Of a stretch of 64,000 nucleotides of DNA, positions 8,379-18,747 are shown one piece after another (position 1 is the first letter of the stretch; each line of letters opens with the position of its first letter). The notes beneath the pieces were generated by a model. It saw only the letters and a list, made by a program, of their open reading frames with translations. It searched no databases and was not told where the DNA came from. The stretch comes from a virus. Location of the stretch: IMG/VR virus record IMGVR_UViG_3300042897_000742, positions 1-64,000 of that record. The stretch is one strand, 5' to 3'. A program made the translations under genes and the position numbers.

Positions 8379-10337
8379 ATGGCCGTTATAGGAACAACAA
8401 CAAATGAGAATGGCGATGCTATTTTAATAAGCTTGCAAGAACCTTACAAAAATGTTGTTGAGGTATTAAGCTATAGCGATCAAACTGTAGGAGAATCTAC
8501 ATCGGTTTATTTTAATAAATCGTTTAGATGGGGAATTGATGGTGTTACATATTCTGATTGGGTCTCTTTAACTAATGCGAATCTAGAGAGTTTATTACTT
8601 AATCCGATTAATCCATTTTGGGCGCAGTATAAGTATGAACAGGTGGGCGACGGCACCCTAGAATTTAAGTCTATCTCACTAGAAATAGTTACAGACGGTG
8701 GGGTGATTTGTAAAATTCCACAGATTAATTGTTGTGATAGCGGCTCAATGTCAGGTGCACAAAACCTAGTTATTGATTGCTGTGGATCTTCTTGGAATCC
8801 TTATGATTTATCTAGAGCTTCTCAGATGTATAATCAATTATCTGCAGTTGCTTCAAATCTGTTTGGTTTTTGTGTTAAGTACTTTAAGACTGCTGCTGAC
8901 CAAAGAAGTAAAGATGTTATCTTAAAAGAATATTCATTATTTAATGTTACTTCAACTGCTGATGTTAAGATAATGTTTCCTGATAATCAGTTACCTACTA
9001 GAGAGATACAGTATAATCCTCTTATGATGGATTTTCCTGTACAATTTGAAGTTCATATTGTTAAGTCTGCATTTGAACAGGTATTTGGAGTTGGTGCAAA
9101 ACCACAAATGAGAGACTATCTCTACTTTGAACAATATATGAATAGAATGTATGAGGTTGATGCTGTTGCTGAAGCCGATGACTTTTTATATACAGGTTCA
9201 TATTGGAGAGTAAGTCTTGTTCCTTATCAGCAAAGAACAGCTGTTCTTTATCCTGATAAAAACATAGAAGCGCAAAAGGATGCATTGGTAAGTGATCTTG
9301 AATCTAAGTTTGGTGAAGAAGCTAATAAAGAATATGATGATGTAAGAAAGCCTAATCAATATAACACTATAGGATCTTTAAGTAATGATTATGTTAGAAG
9401 AATTCTTGATAAGAAACTTCTAATTAAAGAAGAGAATGTTTATAATAATTGGACTATCATATCAAAGTATCATTATCAATTATCTTCAATGGAAACTGGA
9501 GTTGAAGGAGTAGAGTACAGATACAATAAAGGATGGAAAACAACCGATGATAGAGCGTTTACATTTTGGGTAAGACCTAAATATACAAATCCTATTGGAA
9601 TAAATGTTGCAATTACAAGTATAAGTAGTACCAGTGGAAAGGTAAAACTAAATACTGCAGGTTTACCAACAAACCAACAAGCATTAGCAGTAGGGAATTG
9701 GATTAAGGTGTCTGGTACAACATCATATAACGGTATTCATAAAATAACTGCAATAGGAACAACAAGTATTGACATAGATACGGACTATATTAATAACACA
9801 TTTCAGGGTACACCAAGATTTAATAGAGAAGCAAGTAATACCTTTATGATTTATGAAACCTCTCTTATTCCACCTGCCCAATTGGTTGAATTTACATATA
9901 CACCTAATTGGTTTATAATAAAGCTAGATGATACTTACTTTAAGTATAATTTACAATCACAAGGTTTATCATTAATTGAGAATGATTGGTATGCATTTGT
10001 AATTAATCTTAATTCTATTGCAAAACAGTTAAGTTTATTTGGGTATGAAACATTAGATAAGACCGGTGCTATTAATCCTAAAAATAGTGCTAAATTAACA
10101 AAGATATTCTCGGAGACTAAATTGTATAATCCAATTGAAATTCCTGATTCGCATTCATGGAAATTATTAGGATGTAAAACGGATCTTACCAATATTCGCA
10201 TTTGGAGTAAACCTATAGAGGAAGAATTACAAGAATTAATTTTATCACAATATGTAGTAAAAGATACTCACTTAACTCTATTGTTGGATAATGCTGCACC
10301 TCAACTATTGCTACAGAAGGAAACCAATCCTAGATAA
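8379..10337 (+). CDS. Virion structural protein (neck/head-completion-like, beta-rich C-terminus)
   Basis: 652 aa; late-gene context upstream of terminase; DVILKEY and P.MRDYLYF segments; LamG-like C-terminal end. Confidence 0.55.
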   Translation: MAVIGTTTNENGDAILISLQEPYKNVVEVLSYSDQTVGESTSVYFNKSFRWGIDGVTYSDWVSLTNANLESLLLNPINPFWAQYKYEQVGDGTLEFKSISLEIVTDGGVICKIPQINCCDSGSMSGAQNLVIDCCGSSWNPYDLSRASQMYNQLSAVASNLFGFCVKYFKTAADQRSKDVILKEYSLFNVTSTADVKIMFPDNQLPTREIQYNPLMMDFPVQFEVHIVKSAFEQVFGVGAKPQMRDYLYFEQYMNRMYEVDAVAEADDFLYTGSYWRVSLVPYQQRTAVLYPDKNIEAQKDALVSDLESKFGEEANKEYDDVRKPNQYNTIGSLSNDYVRRILDKKLLIKEENVYNNWTIISKYHYQLSSMETGVEGVEYRYNKGWKTTDDRAFTFWVRPKYTNPIGINVAITSISSTSGKVKLNTAGLPTNQQALAVGNWIKVSGTTSYNGIHKITAIGTTSIDIDTDYINNTFQGTPRFNREASNTFMIYETSLIPPAQLVEFTYTPNWFIIKLDDTYFKYNLQSQGLSLIENDWYAFVINLNSIAKQLSLFGYETLDKTGAINPKNSAKLTKIFSETKLYNPIEIPDSHSWKLLGCKTDLTNIRIWSKPIEEELQELILSQYVVKDTHLTLLLDNAAPQLLLQKETNPR

Positions 10338-10367
10338 GCTAGAATATATAATCTAAATTAAGGATTA

Positions 10368-10988
10368 ATGAAAGAAGAGTCTAAACATAAATTTAGAGAC
10401 AGCCTTGGAGACTTATTAAATGATCTACCTGATGAGGTACCTGGCTTAGAAGATACACCACAATTACCTAGAGTTAAATCAGAAGGAACGCAGGCTGTTG
10501 CATTACAAACCGCAAAGAACAAGGCCCAGCGGGTTATGAATAATCTTCTTAAGTTTTATTTAAGTGAAGAGATTATTGAGGAGCATGAATACATTAAAGT
10601 TAAAGCAGAGCTAGATGAGTATGCCCTAGGCATGCTTATTCGCCAAATGCAAAATAGTGAATCTGCTATTTCAACTTTAATGGACACCATTAATGAAGGT
10701 GATGTTTCGCCTAGAATGTTTGAAGTACTTAGTGACTTACAGAGAACTCTCTTGGATATCATAAAAAGCCAAACAATGTACATGGTTGCAATTGAGGAAA
10801 ATGCGAAAAAATTATCCAGAGATATTGATGTTTATCACGGTGGTGCTAATAATGTAGATAATAATCAAAAGAAAGGTGGAAACTCTGGAGTTAAGGCAAG
10901 AGGAACTAAAGATCTTATGAGGGCCTTACAAGATAGTATTAACGAAGAAGATATACAAGATGTCGATGGAGATCAATCTGAAGAATAA
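10368..10988 (+). CDS. Probable terminase small subunit
   Basis: Helical protein with SPRMFEVL motif, two genes upstream of TerL. Confidence 0.55.
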   Translation: MKEESKHKFRDSLGDLLNDLPDEVPGLEDTPQLPRVKSEGTQAVALQTAKNKAQRVMNNLLKFYLSEEIIEEHEYIKVKAELDEYALGMLIRQMQNSESAISTLMDTINEGDVSPRMFEVLSDLQRTLLDIIKSQTMYMVAIEENAKKLSRDIDVYHGGANNVDNNQKKGGNSGVKARGTKDLMRALQDSINEEDIQDVDGDQSEE

Positions 10989-11235
10989 CTATGTTCTTAC
11001 AAAAGAGATCATAGAAAAAGAAAAAGTATCTAGCGGTGGAATTATACTTCCATCCGAAAAATACAACCGTAAATGTATTGTAATTAAGTCCTCGTCTGAA
11101 GAAGTTAGAGAAGGACAAACAGTTATAAAAACAATAGGCAAGGGTACGATTTTTAGAATAGATGGTGAAGAATACGAAGCTTTACATGAAAATCATATCT
11201 TAGGCATAATAGAAGAAGATGGCACAGAAACCTAG
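10960..11235 (+). CDS. groES: GroES-like co-chaperonin
   Basis: SSGGIILP mobile loop, DGEEY...E..ILGI. Confidence 0.8.
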   Translation: MSMEINLKNNYVLTKEIIEKEKVSSGGIILPSEKYNRKCIVIKSSSEEVREGQTVIKTIGKGTIFRIDGEEYEALHENHILGIIEEDGTET

Positions 11236-13036
11236 AGCAGAAAGCGCAGGATTTGATTTTAAGATTGGAGCTGCAGAAGAATCCTTTTCATGGACATCTG
11301 AAAGGGTAGAGCAGCTTATGCTTGCATTAGAAGAAGGTTATAAACCTAAAGCAACACCTTTTTATGAAGGGAATCCTAATTTAAGAAAAGGGAATATTGT
11401 TTTTAACTATACGCCTCATGAAATTAGGGAGATAAAGAAATGTGCAACTGATATTGTTTATTTTGCCAATACTTATTGTACTGTAATGACCGATCATGGT
11501 TTACAGACAATTAAGTTAAGAGGTTATCAAGAAGAGATGTTAAGGCAATTTCAAAAAGAAAGATTTAATTGTTGCTTAGCATCTCGTCAGATCGGTAAAA
11601 CAATATGTTCATCAATTTTTATTGCATGGTATTCATTATTTAATTTTGATAAAAATTCACTTGTACTTTCTAACAAAGGTGCAACTACTCGTGAAATTAT
11701 TGATAAAGGAAAAACGATTCTTGAACACTTACCATTCTTTTTAAAGCCAGGAGTTATTAAGTGGGATGTATTTAATTCAAAATTTGATAACGGCTGTCGT
11801 ATTATTGGACAAACTACAACAAAGAAAGCTGCGATTGGTTTTACCATTCATTTGCTATTTATGGATGAGTTTGCTCACATCCCACAAAACTTTGTGGAAA
11901 CATTCTATGAAAACGTTTATCCTACTGTATCTGCTTCTTCAAATTCAAAGGTAATTATTACAAGTACACCTAATGGCTTCAATAAGTTTTATGATATTTA
12001 CTCGTCAGCTGAAAAGGGATTAAACGAATACTCACCGTTTAGAGTAGATTGGTGGGATGTACCTGGCAGAGATGAGGCATGGATGAGACAAGAAGTTGCT
12101 AACCTTGGTTCAGAAGAAGCATTTAACAGACAATACGGAAATCAGTTCATAGCAAGTTCTTCTCTATTACTTGGTGCAGATAGTCTTAAAAAACTTCAGC
12201 AGAATCAAAAGGAATTTGTTCACAGAGAGTTGCCTGAGTTTGAAGATGAGAGTATTGAATATGAAGGTTTATTATGGGATCCTGATTTTAGTCTTGATGA
12301 GATTGAAGAAGATACTAATTATTGGGTATTTTCAATTGACATCGCAGAAGGAAACGGTGGAGACTATTCAATTATAAATATCTTTAAGATTGAAATTATG
12401 GATGAACAGGATTGGAAAAGAATAACATCCCCTGGATCATTCGTAGACTTTTTTAGACTTAGACAGGTTGGAAGATTTAGAAGTAATGAACATACTATTG
12501 AAGAATTCGCAAAAGCCGTTTATATCTTAGCATTTGATATGTTTCATTCAGAAAACGTAAAAATGATAATTGAATGGAATATGTTTGGGGGTGAATTAAT
12601 TAAGAGACTTGAAACTGTATTTCCTCAAAGAAATGAATTTGATGAAGAGATGGTAGTTAAGTTTAAACATCGTATTGATGCAAGAACCAAAAACTTTGGT
12701 CTTAAGATTAAAAAAGATAATAAACCTATCTTTTGCCAAAACTTTAAGAAATACATAACTCAAAATCGGATTATCATTAAAGATAAGAAAACTGTATATG
12801 AAGCATCTACGTTTGGTAAGATGCCTAATGGTAGTTATGCAGGTCAATTAGGTCATGATGATCTTATAATGACTAGCATAAATAGTTCAGAATTTTTCTT
12901 TACTTTAGACTTCTCTGACTTTGTCGAAGAGATTTATGATACTGTTGATGAATCATTACAAATTAAGATTGATGAGATCTTAGAAAAGGACTCTAAGGGA
13001 GGAAATCTTAATTACGATATTTATGATCTTGTGTAG
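11219..13036 (+). CDS. terL: Terminase large subunit (T4 gp17-like)
   Basis: LRGYQ, SRQIGKT, MDEFAH, ITSTPNG, DIAEGNGGDYS, HDDLIM. Confidence 0.95.
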   Translation: MAQKPRAESAGFDFKIGAAEESFSWTSERVEQLMLALEEGYKPKATPFYEGNPNLRKGNIVFNYTPHEIREIKKCATDIVYFANTYCTVMTDHGLQTIKLRGYQEEMLRQFQKERFNCCLASRQIGKTICSSIFIAWYSLFNFDKNSLVLSNKGATTREIIDKGKTILEHLPFFLKPGVIKWDVFNSKFDNGCRIIGQTTTKKAAIGFTIHLLFMDEFAHIPQNFVETFYENVYPTVSASSNSKVIITSTPNGFNKFYDIYSSAEKGLNEYSPFRVDWWDVPGRDEAWMRQEVANLGSEEAFNRQYGNQFIASSSLLLGADSLKKLQQNQKEFVHRELPEFEDESIEYEGLLWDPDFSLDEIEEDTNYWVFSIDIAEGNGGDYSIINIFKIEIMDEQDWKRITSPGSFVDFFRLRQVGRFRSNEHTIEEFAKAVYILAFDMFHSENVKMIIEWNMFGGELIKRLETVFPQRNEFDEEMVVKFKHRIDARTKNFGLKIKKDNKPIFCQNFKKYITQNRIIIKDKKTVYEASTFGKMPNGSYAGQLGHDDLIMTSINSSEFFFTLDFSDFVEEIYDTVDESLQIKIDEILEKDSKGGNLNYDIYDLV

Positions 13037-13092
13037 AAAAGTGGCTATGCCGTGGATATATAAAAAAAGCAATAAAAAAAATATAATACAAG

Positions 13093-16000
13093 ATGGCACT
13101 AGATCCAAGAATCGCTTCTCTTAAAGCCGCAGGTACCTACCGCTTCGAATTTGACAAGAGTCAAGTTGTTAGCATTCCTGCAAACCAAACAAGATTAATT
13201 GTTGGTTTTTCTAAGAAAGGTCCTTTTAATACCCCAGTTTTTGTACCAGATACTGCATTTTTTAAGCAAGTATTTGGAGATATTGACAGAAACCTCGAAA
13301 GAAAGGATTCATACTTTCATAGAAGCTGCTTAGCTGCATTAGAAAGAGGACCAATTTTAGCCCTTAACCTTTTAGCATTAGACTCTAATGATAATGTAGA
13401 TTACATTAAATTAGGTACTGCTGCTACACCAGAAGCTCAAAATAATGCAGGTGCTTCTGGAGAATATCAAAAATTTTATAACAGGGACAAATTCTTTTTC
13501 CCTGACAGCGATGCATTCCTAGATAATGTTGGAGCAAACAGAAACACACTTAGCTCTTTAACTACTAATGATCTTTTGGATTTTGTTAACTTAGGTCAAA
13601 ATCCAGTATCAGTAATTGTTAGAAAAGCCGCAAATGATAATGTTGCTAGTTTTAATGTTACTGTTGAAGAATGGTACGGAACTGCAAATGTTCCAGGATT
13701 CTTAGATAAAAACAGTTTAATCTCTGATTTTATGGTAGATGTATTTGTCATTGAAGGTAACTTCGGTGGAGACTTCGGTTCTGCTACGCCTTATGACAGA
13801 TTTACTGCCGATCCTACATTCCAACAATATTTTAACCCAACTAAAGGTATTCAGAGAAAGAAATTCGCATCTGATACAACTGATACTAAATTACAAGAGT
13901 TTTTCAATGAATCAGAAGTAAACTTAATTGCAACTTATACTGCATGTTTAATTCCTGATTTTGTAGATCTTATTGGTAATAACCTATTCATTGAAAAATT
14001 AATCAATGCTGATACTGCAACCACTGGCCTATTCTGTGCCGTTAACGAAGATCTGTTTAGCGGAGATTTTTTAATTGACGGAGTAAAAGGTGGTATTGAC
14101 CTAATCGGACATAATATTGAATATGCCCAGGCAACTGGAATTCAGGATGATGTTAATTTCCTATCTTATCATGAAGCTATTGTATCTGACCTTGCTTACG
14201 CAAGAGCTCCACAAGGAGTAAACACTGCAACGATTTCAACTGGTGATGTTGTATCTGTTAATACATTGACAGGTGGAAATATCCAGATTTCTGTAATTGG
14301 TTCTGCAGGGAATCCTTTATATGATGCATTTGCTGGTATGGCTGCAAATACACCTTCTGCTGTAGGTTCATATATTAAAGGCGCAATTAGTGCTAAATAT
14401 GTTCCTGTACTTTCTGTAAATGTTACAAACACAGTTGTTACTGTGGTTTTATCCAGTGTAGGTGGTATTGTGGCTGGAGATTTTCCAACTACATTAGGAA
14501 CTACATATACTTATGTAAATGAAGAAGATTTTGGATTCACGGTTCATGAATTTGAAACTGCAAATACAAATGCAAATGTTATAGGTTCTTACGGAAGTTC
14601 TCTTTATAGCGCATTCTCTAACGGAACTCTTACTGATGGTGATGAGGCAGTATGGCAAAACGGAGCAAATCAATATACTTCTTATTTAGTATTTAATGCT
14701 GCTGGTTACGGATTCATTCATACTGGTGTACCTGCTTCTGTAAGTACAAAATTTGCAATCTCTGATCCTGCATATTACTTACCAAGTGTTAGAATAACTC
14801 CATATCAACAAGATTCTTTTGTAAATGTTACACCAAGATCTCAGTTTAATATGGACAGTAACACAGGATTCTTCTTAAACTCTGATGGATCTGCACTTGC
14901 ATTAAATACTTTAGATATCCAAACACTTAAAGGATCTCTTAATCGCTCAATTGATATCATATCAGATTCATCATCTGAACCATCACTTAAGCCTAACCAA
15001 GTACTTATTGCAACAACTAACCCTGATGCTGCTGCTGTGGCTGTAGGAAATTATCTTTTACATTTTGAAGGTAATGTTGCAGTACCACACTCAAGATTAA
15101 CAAGAATTAATCAGGTTCAGGGTGGTAAAACAAATAATGAATTCCCAACTATTCCAGTAGGGACTACTGCATTACTTGTAACTTGTCAATCTGAGATAAA
15201 TGTTACAACCGTAAATTCTATTAAGAAGGTTGAACTTTATTATCCAATTGATACATGGGTTGATTACCTAAACATCTTTACTCTCGATGGATTTGTATTA
15301 GATGTTAACAAACATGTACCTAACGGAACAAATGATCGTCAAAATGCTATCCTTAATGGAACTTTAAGTGGAACAAATCTATTTAAAGCATTAACTGACA
15401 GAGAAACAATTAACTTCCGTTATTTGGTTGATACCTTCGGTAACGGTATTGAAAGTGGATCTAAGGCAATCTACACTAACCTATGTCAAACTAGAAAGAA
15501 TGCATTTGCAATTGTTAATGCACCTTCTGCAAAAGACTTTAAGGCTAACGTAGATCCTTCATTTGTGGATGCGACTGGAGCACTATCCTCTAGATTTATT
15601 TCTACTGGTGGAGATCTTTCTAAGAATCCAACTGTTAGATATTCATTACCTTCTAATACACAAGGTGGAAGCTGGGGAGCATTCTATTATCCTTTCATTA
15701 CTGTAAGGGATTTAGGAAAGAACATTAACGTTCCTCCTGCTGCTTATGTATCAAATAACTTTATTGCAAAGTATGAAAATGCATTACCTTGGTCTTTAGT
15801 TGCAGGTGTTCGTAGAGGTGTTGTAGGTGGAACTGGAGTGGTAGGATTAGAAATTAATCTTGACCTATCAGATAGAGAATACTTAGAACCATTTGGATTG
15901 AATCCAATTATTTTCCAAAGTGGAACTGGTCCAACTATCTTCGCAAATAAAACTGCTCAACAAACTCCAAAATCTGCATTAAGTTCAATTAATGTAAGAG

Positions 16001-16308
16001 AGGTTGTTATCTACATCCAAGATGGTATTGAGGCAATTCTTAAGAATTACTTATTTGAGTTCAATACTGCTCAAACAAGATTGGAAATTAAAACTCTTGC
16101 TGATAACTTCTTATCAACAGTTCAAAATGACGATGGTGTATATGACTTCAGAAACGTAATGGATGAAACAAATAATACACCTGAAGTTATTGATCAAAAT
16201 GTTGGTATCTTAGATACTTACATCGAACCAGTAAGAGGAATGGAAATTTTGGTTCAAAGAACCACTATTTTAAGAACTGGAGCAATTAGTTCAGGAAACT
16301 TCCAATAA
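13093..16308 (+). CDS. Contractile tail sheath protein
   Basis: AGTYRFEFD, VGFSKKGPFNTP, VPPAAYV, PWSLVAGVRRG, INVREV, FEFN, DETNNTPEVID. Confidence 0.93.
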   Translation: MALDPRIASLKAAGTYRFEFDKSQVVSIPANQTRLIVGFSKKGPFNTPVFVPDTAFFKQVFGDIDRNLERKDSYFHRSCLAALERGPILALNLLALDSNDNVDYIKLGTAATPEAQNNAGASGEYQKFYNRDKFFFPDSDAFLDNVGANRNTLSSLTTNDLLDFVNLGQNPVSVIVRKAANDNVASFNVTVEEWYGTANVPGFLDKNSLISDFMVDVFVIEGNFGGDFGSATPYDRFTADPTFQQYFNPTKGIQRKKFASDTTDTKLQEFFNESEVNLIATYTACLIPDFVDLIGNNLFIEKLINADTATTGLFCAVNEDLFSGDFLIDGVKGGIDLIGHNIEYAQATGIQDDVNFLSYHEAIVSDLAYARAPQGVNTATISTGDVVSVNTLTGGNIQISVIGSAGNPLYDAFAGMAANTPSAVGSYIKGAISAKYVPVLSVNVTNTVVTVVLSSVGGIVAGDFPTTLGTTYTYVNEEDFGFTVHEFETANTNANVIGSYGSSLYSAFSNGTLTDGDEAVWQNGANQYTSYLVFNAAGYGFIHTGVPASVSTKFAISDPAYYLPSVRITPYQQDSFVNVTPRSQFNMDSNTGFFLNSDGSALALNTLDIQTLKGSLNRSIDIISDSSSEPSLKPNQVLIATTNPDAAAVAVGNYLLHFEGNVAVPHSRLTRINQVQGGKTNNEFPTIPVGTTALLVTCQSEINVTTVNSIKKVELYYPIDTWVDYLNIFTLDGFVLDVNKHVPNGTNDRQNAILNGTLSGTNLFKALTDRETINFRYLVDTFGNGIESGSKAIYTNLCQTRKNAFAIVNAPSAKDFKANVDPSFVDATGALSSRFISTGGDLSKNPTVRYSLPSNTQGGSWGAFYYPFITVRDLGKNINVPPAAYVSNNFIAKYENALPWSLVAGVRRGVVGGTGVVGLEINLDLSDREYLEPFGLNPIIFQSGTGPTIFANKTAQQTPKSALSSINVREVVIYIQDGIEAILKNYLFEFNTAQTRLEIKTLADNFLSTVQNDDGVYDFRNVMDETNNTPEVIDQNVGILDTYIEPVRGMEILVQRTTILRTGAISSGNFQ

Positions 16309-16349
16309 AAAGAAAGAAAGAAAGAATAAATAAAAAAATAAGTTAAGCT

Positions 16350-16913
16350 ATGCCATTACCACATTACACACAATCAAAGGCAAGTAATAACAGATATGAA
16401 CCAATTCAGCCTAACCTATTTGAGGTAACACTTTTTACCCCAAATGGTGATGATACTGGTTTGATCCTTGAACACGTTATATCTGTTGGAGGTTTAAATG
16501 CATTAAACCCTTCAGTAGATGCAATTGGTCAAAAATATAAATTTGCAGACCGTTCTTTTGCAGGTATGCCTGGTCAGACTTTCGTAGATCTTACTATCGC
16601 ATTTACCTTGAACTTAAATGATGCAAATGAAAACTACATCTATAATACCATGAGAAACTGGTATAAATTAATCTATGATCCATTGACTGGTGAAATGGGA
16701 TTAAAGAAAGACTATGTAGGAAGTATGATCATTGTTCAATATAACCGTGCAGGAGATATCTTCAGAAAGATTACTTGTAAGGACATCTTCCCAACTGGTG
16801 CACCTGACTTTATCGATTCTTTAGATTATGGAACAGCCGATGCTGCCCAGTTATCAATGACTTATCGTTGTGACCATTGGGTTGAAGAAAACGTTGGAGC
16901 TCCAAACAACTAA
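16350..16913 (+). CDS. Tail tube protein (gp19-like)
   Basis: Follows the sheath gene; NLFEV, W..LIYDPLTG...LKKDY, FPT, LDY. Confidence 0.85.
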   Translation: MPLPHYTQSKASNNRYEPIQPNLFEVTLFTPNGDDTGLILEHVISVGGLNALNPSVDAIGQKYKFADRSFAGMPGQTFVDLTIAFTLNLNDANENYIYNTMRNWYKLIYDPLTGEMGLKKDYVGSMIIVQYNRAGDIFRKITCKDIFPTGAPDFIDSLDYGTADAAQLSMTYRCDHWVEENVGAPNN

Positions 16914-16928
16914 AACTAAACATTTAAC

Positions 16929-16955
16929 AAAACTGGCCCTAGGGCCAGTTTTTTT
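16929..16955 (+). terminator. Intrinsic terminator
   Basis: AAAACTGGCCC-TA-GGGCCAGTTTTTTT. Confidence 0.9.
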
Positions 16956-16999
16956 GTCTTATCTCTAATATATAATATAGAATACATAATCTATAGATC

Positions 17000-17470
17000 A
17001 TGATTATATTTAAAGTAGAAAATATATCCAATGGGAAAACCTATGTAGGATATGCAATTAATGATAATCCTAATAATCTAGGTACCGGAAAATACATTAA
17101 GCGAGCTGTAAAAGATTTTGGCACAACTTCATTTAAGAGAGAGGTGTTAGAACGTTTTGATGCAGATGAGTCTTTAGGTATTATAATGGATCGGGTTGAA
17201 TTTTGGATTAAAAAATTCAAATCTGATAATCCTAAGTTTGGGTATAACGAAAGTGTCCAGGAAATGATTCCTCAAAAAAAGAAATTAACAAAAAAATTAC
17301 AGGTTCTTTTAACACCCGAGGATGAAGATAACTTAAATACTATTATCATTCAAAAATCAATGGAATCTGGTATTAGACCGATTCCCATTTCAAGATATGT
17401 TAGAAACATTATTGTTGAACATATCGTAGAAGAAACTTCACCAGAAAAACAATTAACAAAAAACAAATAA
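17000..17470 (+). CDS. GIY-YIG-like domain fused to a ribbon-helix-helix-like C-terminus
   Basis: IIFKVEN..NGKTYVG...GYN; C-terminal KKLQVLLTPE...ISRYVRNII. Confidence 0.6.
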   Translation: MIIFKVENISNGKTYVGYAINDNPNNLGTGKYIKRAVKDFGTTSFKREVLERFDADESLGIIMDRVEFWIKKFKSDNPKFGYNESVQEMIPQKKKLTKKLQVLLTPEDEDNLNTIIIQKSMESGIRPIPISRYVRNIIVEHIVEETSPEKQLTKNK

Positions 17471-17471
17471 C

Positions 17472-18464
17472 ATGAGTAATCACGAAGAAAATATCAAAAA
17501 AGAGTTTGAAGCAGCAGAAGGCATTCAACCAGCAACAGTAGTTAATGATGGTAAAATTACAAATTTAGGTAAAGTTGATCCAACTAAAGGGATGGGAATC
17601 ACTTCACCAGATGATCCTGAGATTAGAAGAATTCAGGAATTAACTGGATATATGAAGTTAGATTTAGGAAATCTTCCTTCTGCTGGTAAATTTTATCGTG
17701 AAGATTTTGAAATTCATATTAGAGCTGCAAGAGTTGGAGAGATTAGAGATTTCTCTACAATCGATGAAGAAAACATTAGAGACGTAGATGAAAAACTAAA
17801 TTCTATTCTCGTAGGCTGTACTAAAATCATGTACGGAAACCAAAGAGGATCATACCGTGATATTCTTGAAGAAGACCGTATTTATGTTTTACTTTCAATC
17901 AGAGAGCTTACATTCAAAAATGGTGAAGCTAAATTAATGATGCCTGTAGGTAAAAAGAAATGTACTTCAGGTTCATGTAAGTCACAGGATAGTGTAGAAT
18001 TAAAAACAGCCAATCTTCAGTTTAATGAAGTAGATGATCTTATTGAAAAGTATTATGATTCTGTAAATAAATGCTACACCATTCCAACCAAAAGCCACGG
18101 TGAATTAGTATTAGCACCACCTACAATCGGTGTTATGAGAGCTATTACTGATTGGGCAAGAAAGAGAGAGGAAGAAAATAAATCGTGGGATAAATCTTCT
18201 CTCGGTATACTTCCTTATGTACAAAGAGAATGGCGTGGATTTGATGAAAAACAAATCTTCTCTGCTATGACATCTTTTCAAGGCTGGGATTCTGGAAAAT
18301 ATTCAATAATTTTTAGATTGGTGGAAAAAATGAAAATAGGTATTAAACCTGAATTTGTTTACCCATGTCAATCTTGTGGCGCGGAGGTCACAGTTCCGCT
18401 TTCCTTTCCCGGGGGAATCAAATCTCTGTTCATTATTCAAGATATCTCTTCTGAACTTCTATAA
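17472..18464 (+). CDS. Baseplate hub / tail assembly chaperone (gp26-like)
   Basis: LPSAGKFY, DRIYVLLSIR, CxxxxC and CQSC zinc motifs; located between tube and tape measure genes. Confidence 0.7.
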   Translation: MSNHEENIKKEFEAAEGIQPATVVNDGKITNLGKVDPTKGMGITSPDDPEIRRIQELTGYMKLDLGNLPSAGKFYREDFEIHIRAARVGEIRDFSTIDEENIRDVDEKLNSILVGCTKIMYGNQRGSYRDILEEDRIYVLLSIRELTFKNGEAKLMMPVGKKKCTSGSCKSQDSVELKTANLQFNEVDDLIEKYYDSVNKCYTIPTKSHGELVLAPPTIGVMRAITDWARKREEENKSWDKSSLGILPYVQREWRGFDEKQIFSAMTSFQGWDSGKYSIIFRLVEKMKIGIKPEFVYPCQSCGAEVTVPLSFPGGIKSLFIIQDISSELL

Positions 18465-18480
18465 GATCAGAGTATTACTT

Positions 18481-18723
18481 ATGGAAAAATTACATGTTCA
18501 GCCTACTGAGCTGGACATGCTTCCATATTATGAATTTGAATATACTCTTGAAATCTATAATGAAATTATTAAAGAGCGTAATGATGAAGAAAAGAAACAA
18601 AATCAAGACGCAGAAGATAAGTATAATTTATCTGGTATGAAGAAAAATGCTACAAACATGAATAAAAATATGTCTGGATATAAACAACCTTCCATGCCTA
18701 AGATAAGTATGCCACGATTCTAA
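18481..18723 (+). CDS. gp51-like / tail chaperone C-terminal part (possibly made by frameshift from 17472..18464)
   Basis: LHVQPTELDMLPYYEFEY resembles T4-like hub assembly proteins; the reading frame is open from 18355. Confidence 0.6.
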   Translation: MEKLHVQPTELDMLPYYEFEYTLEIYNEIIKERNDEEKKQNQDAEDKYNLSGMKKNATNMNKNMSGYKQPSMPKISMPRF

Positions 18724-18747
18724 ATATATAAATAAAGATTTACGATA

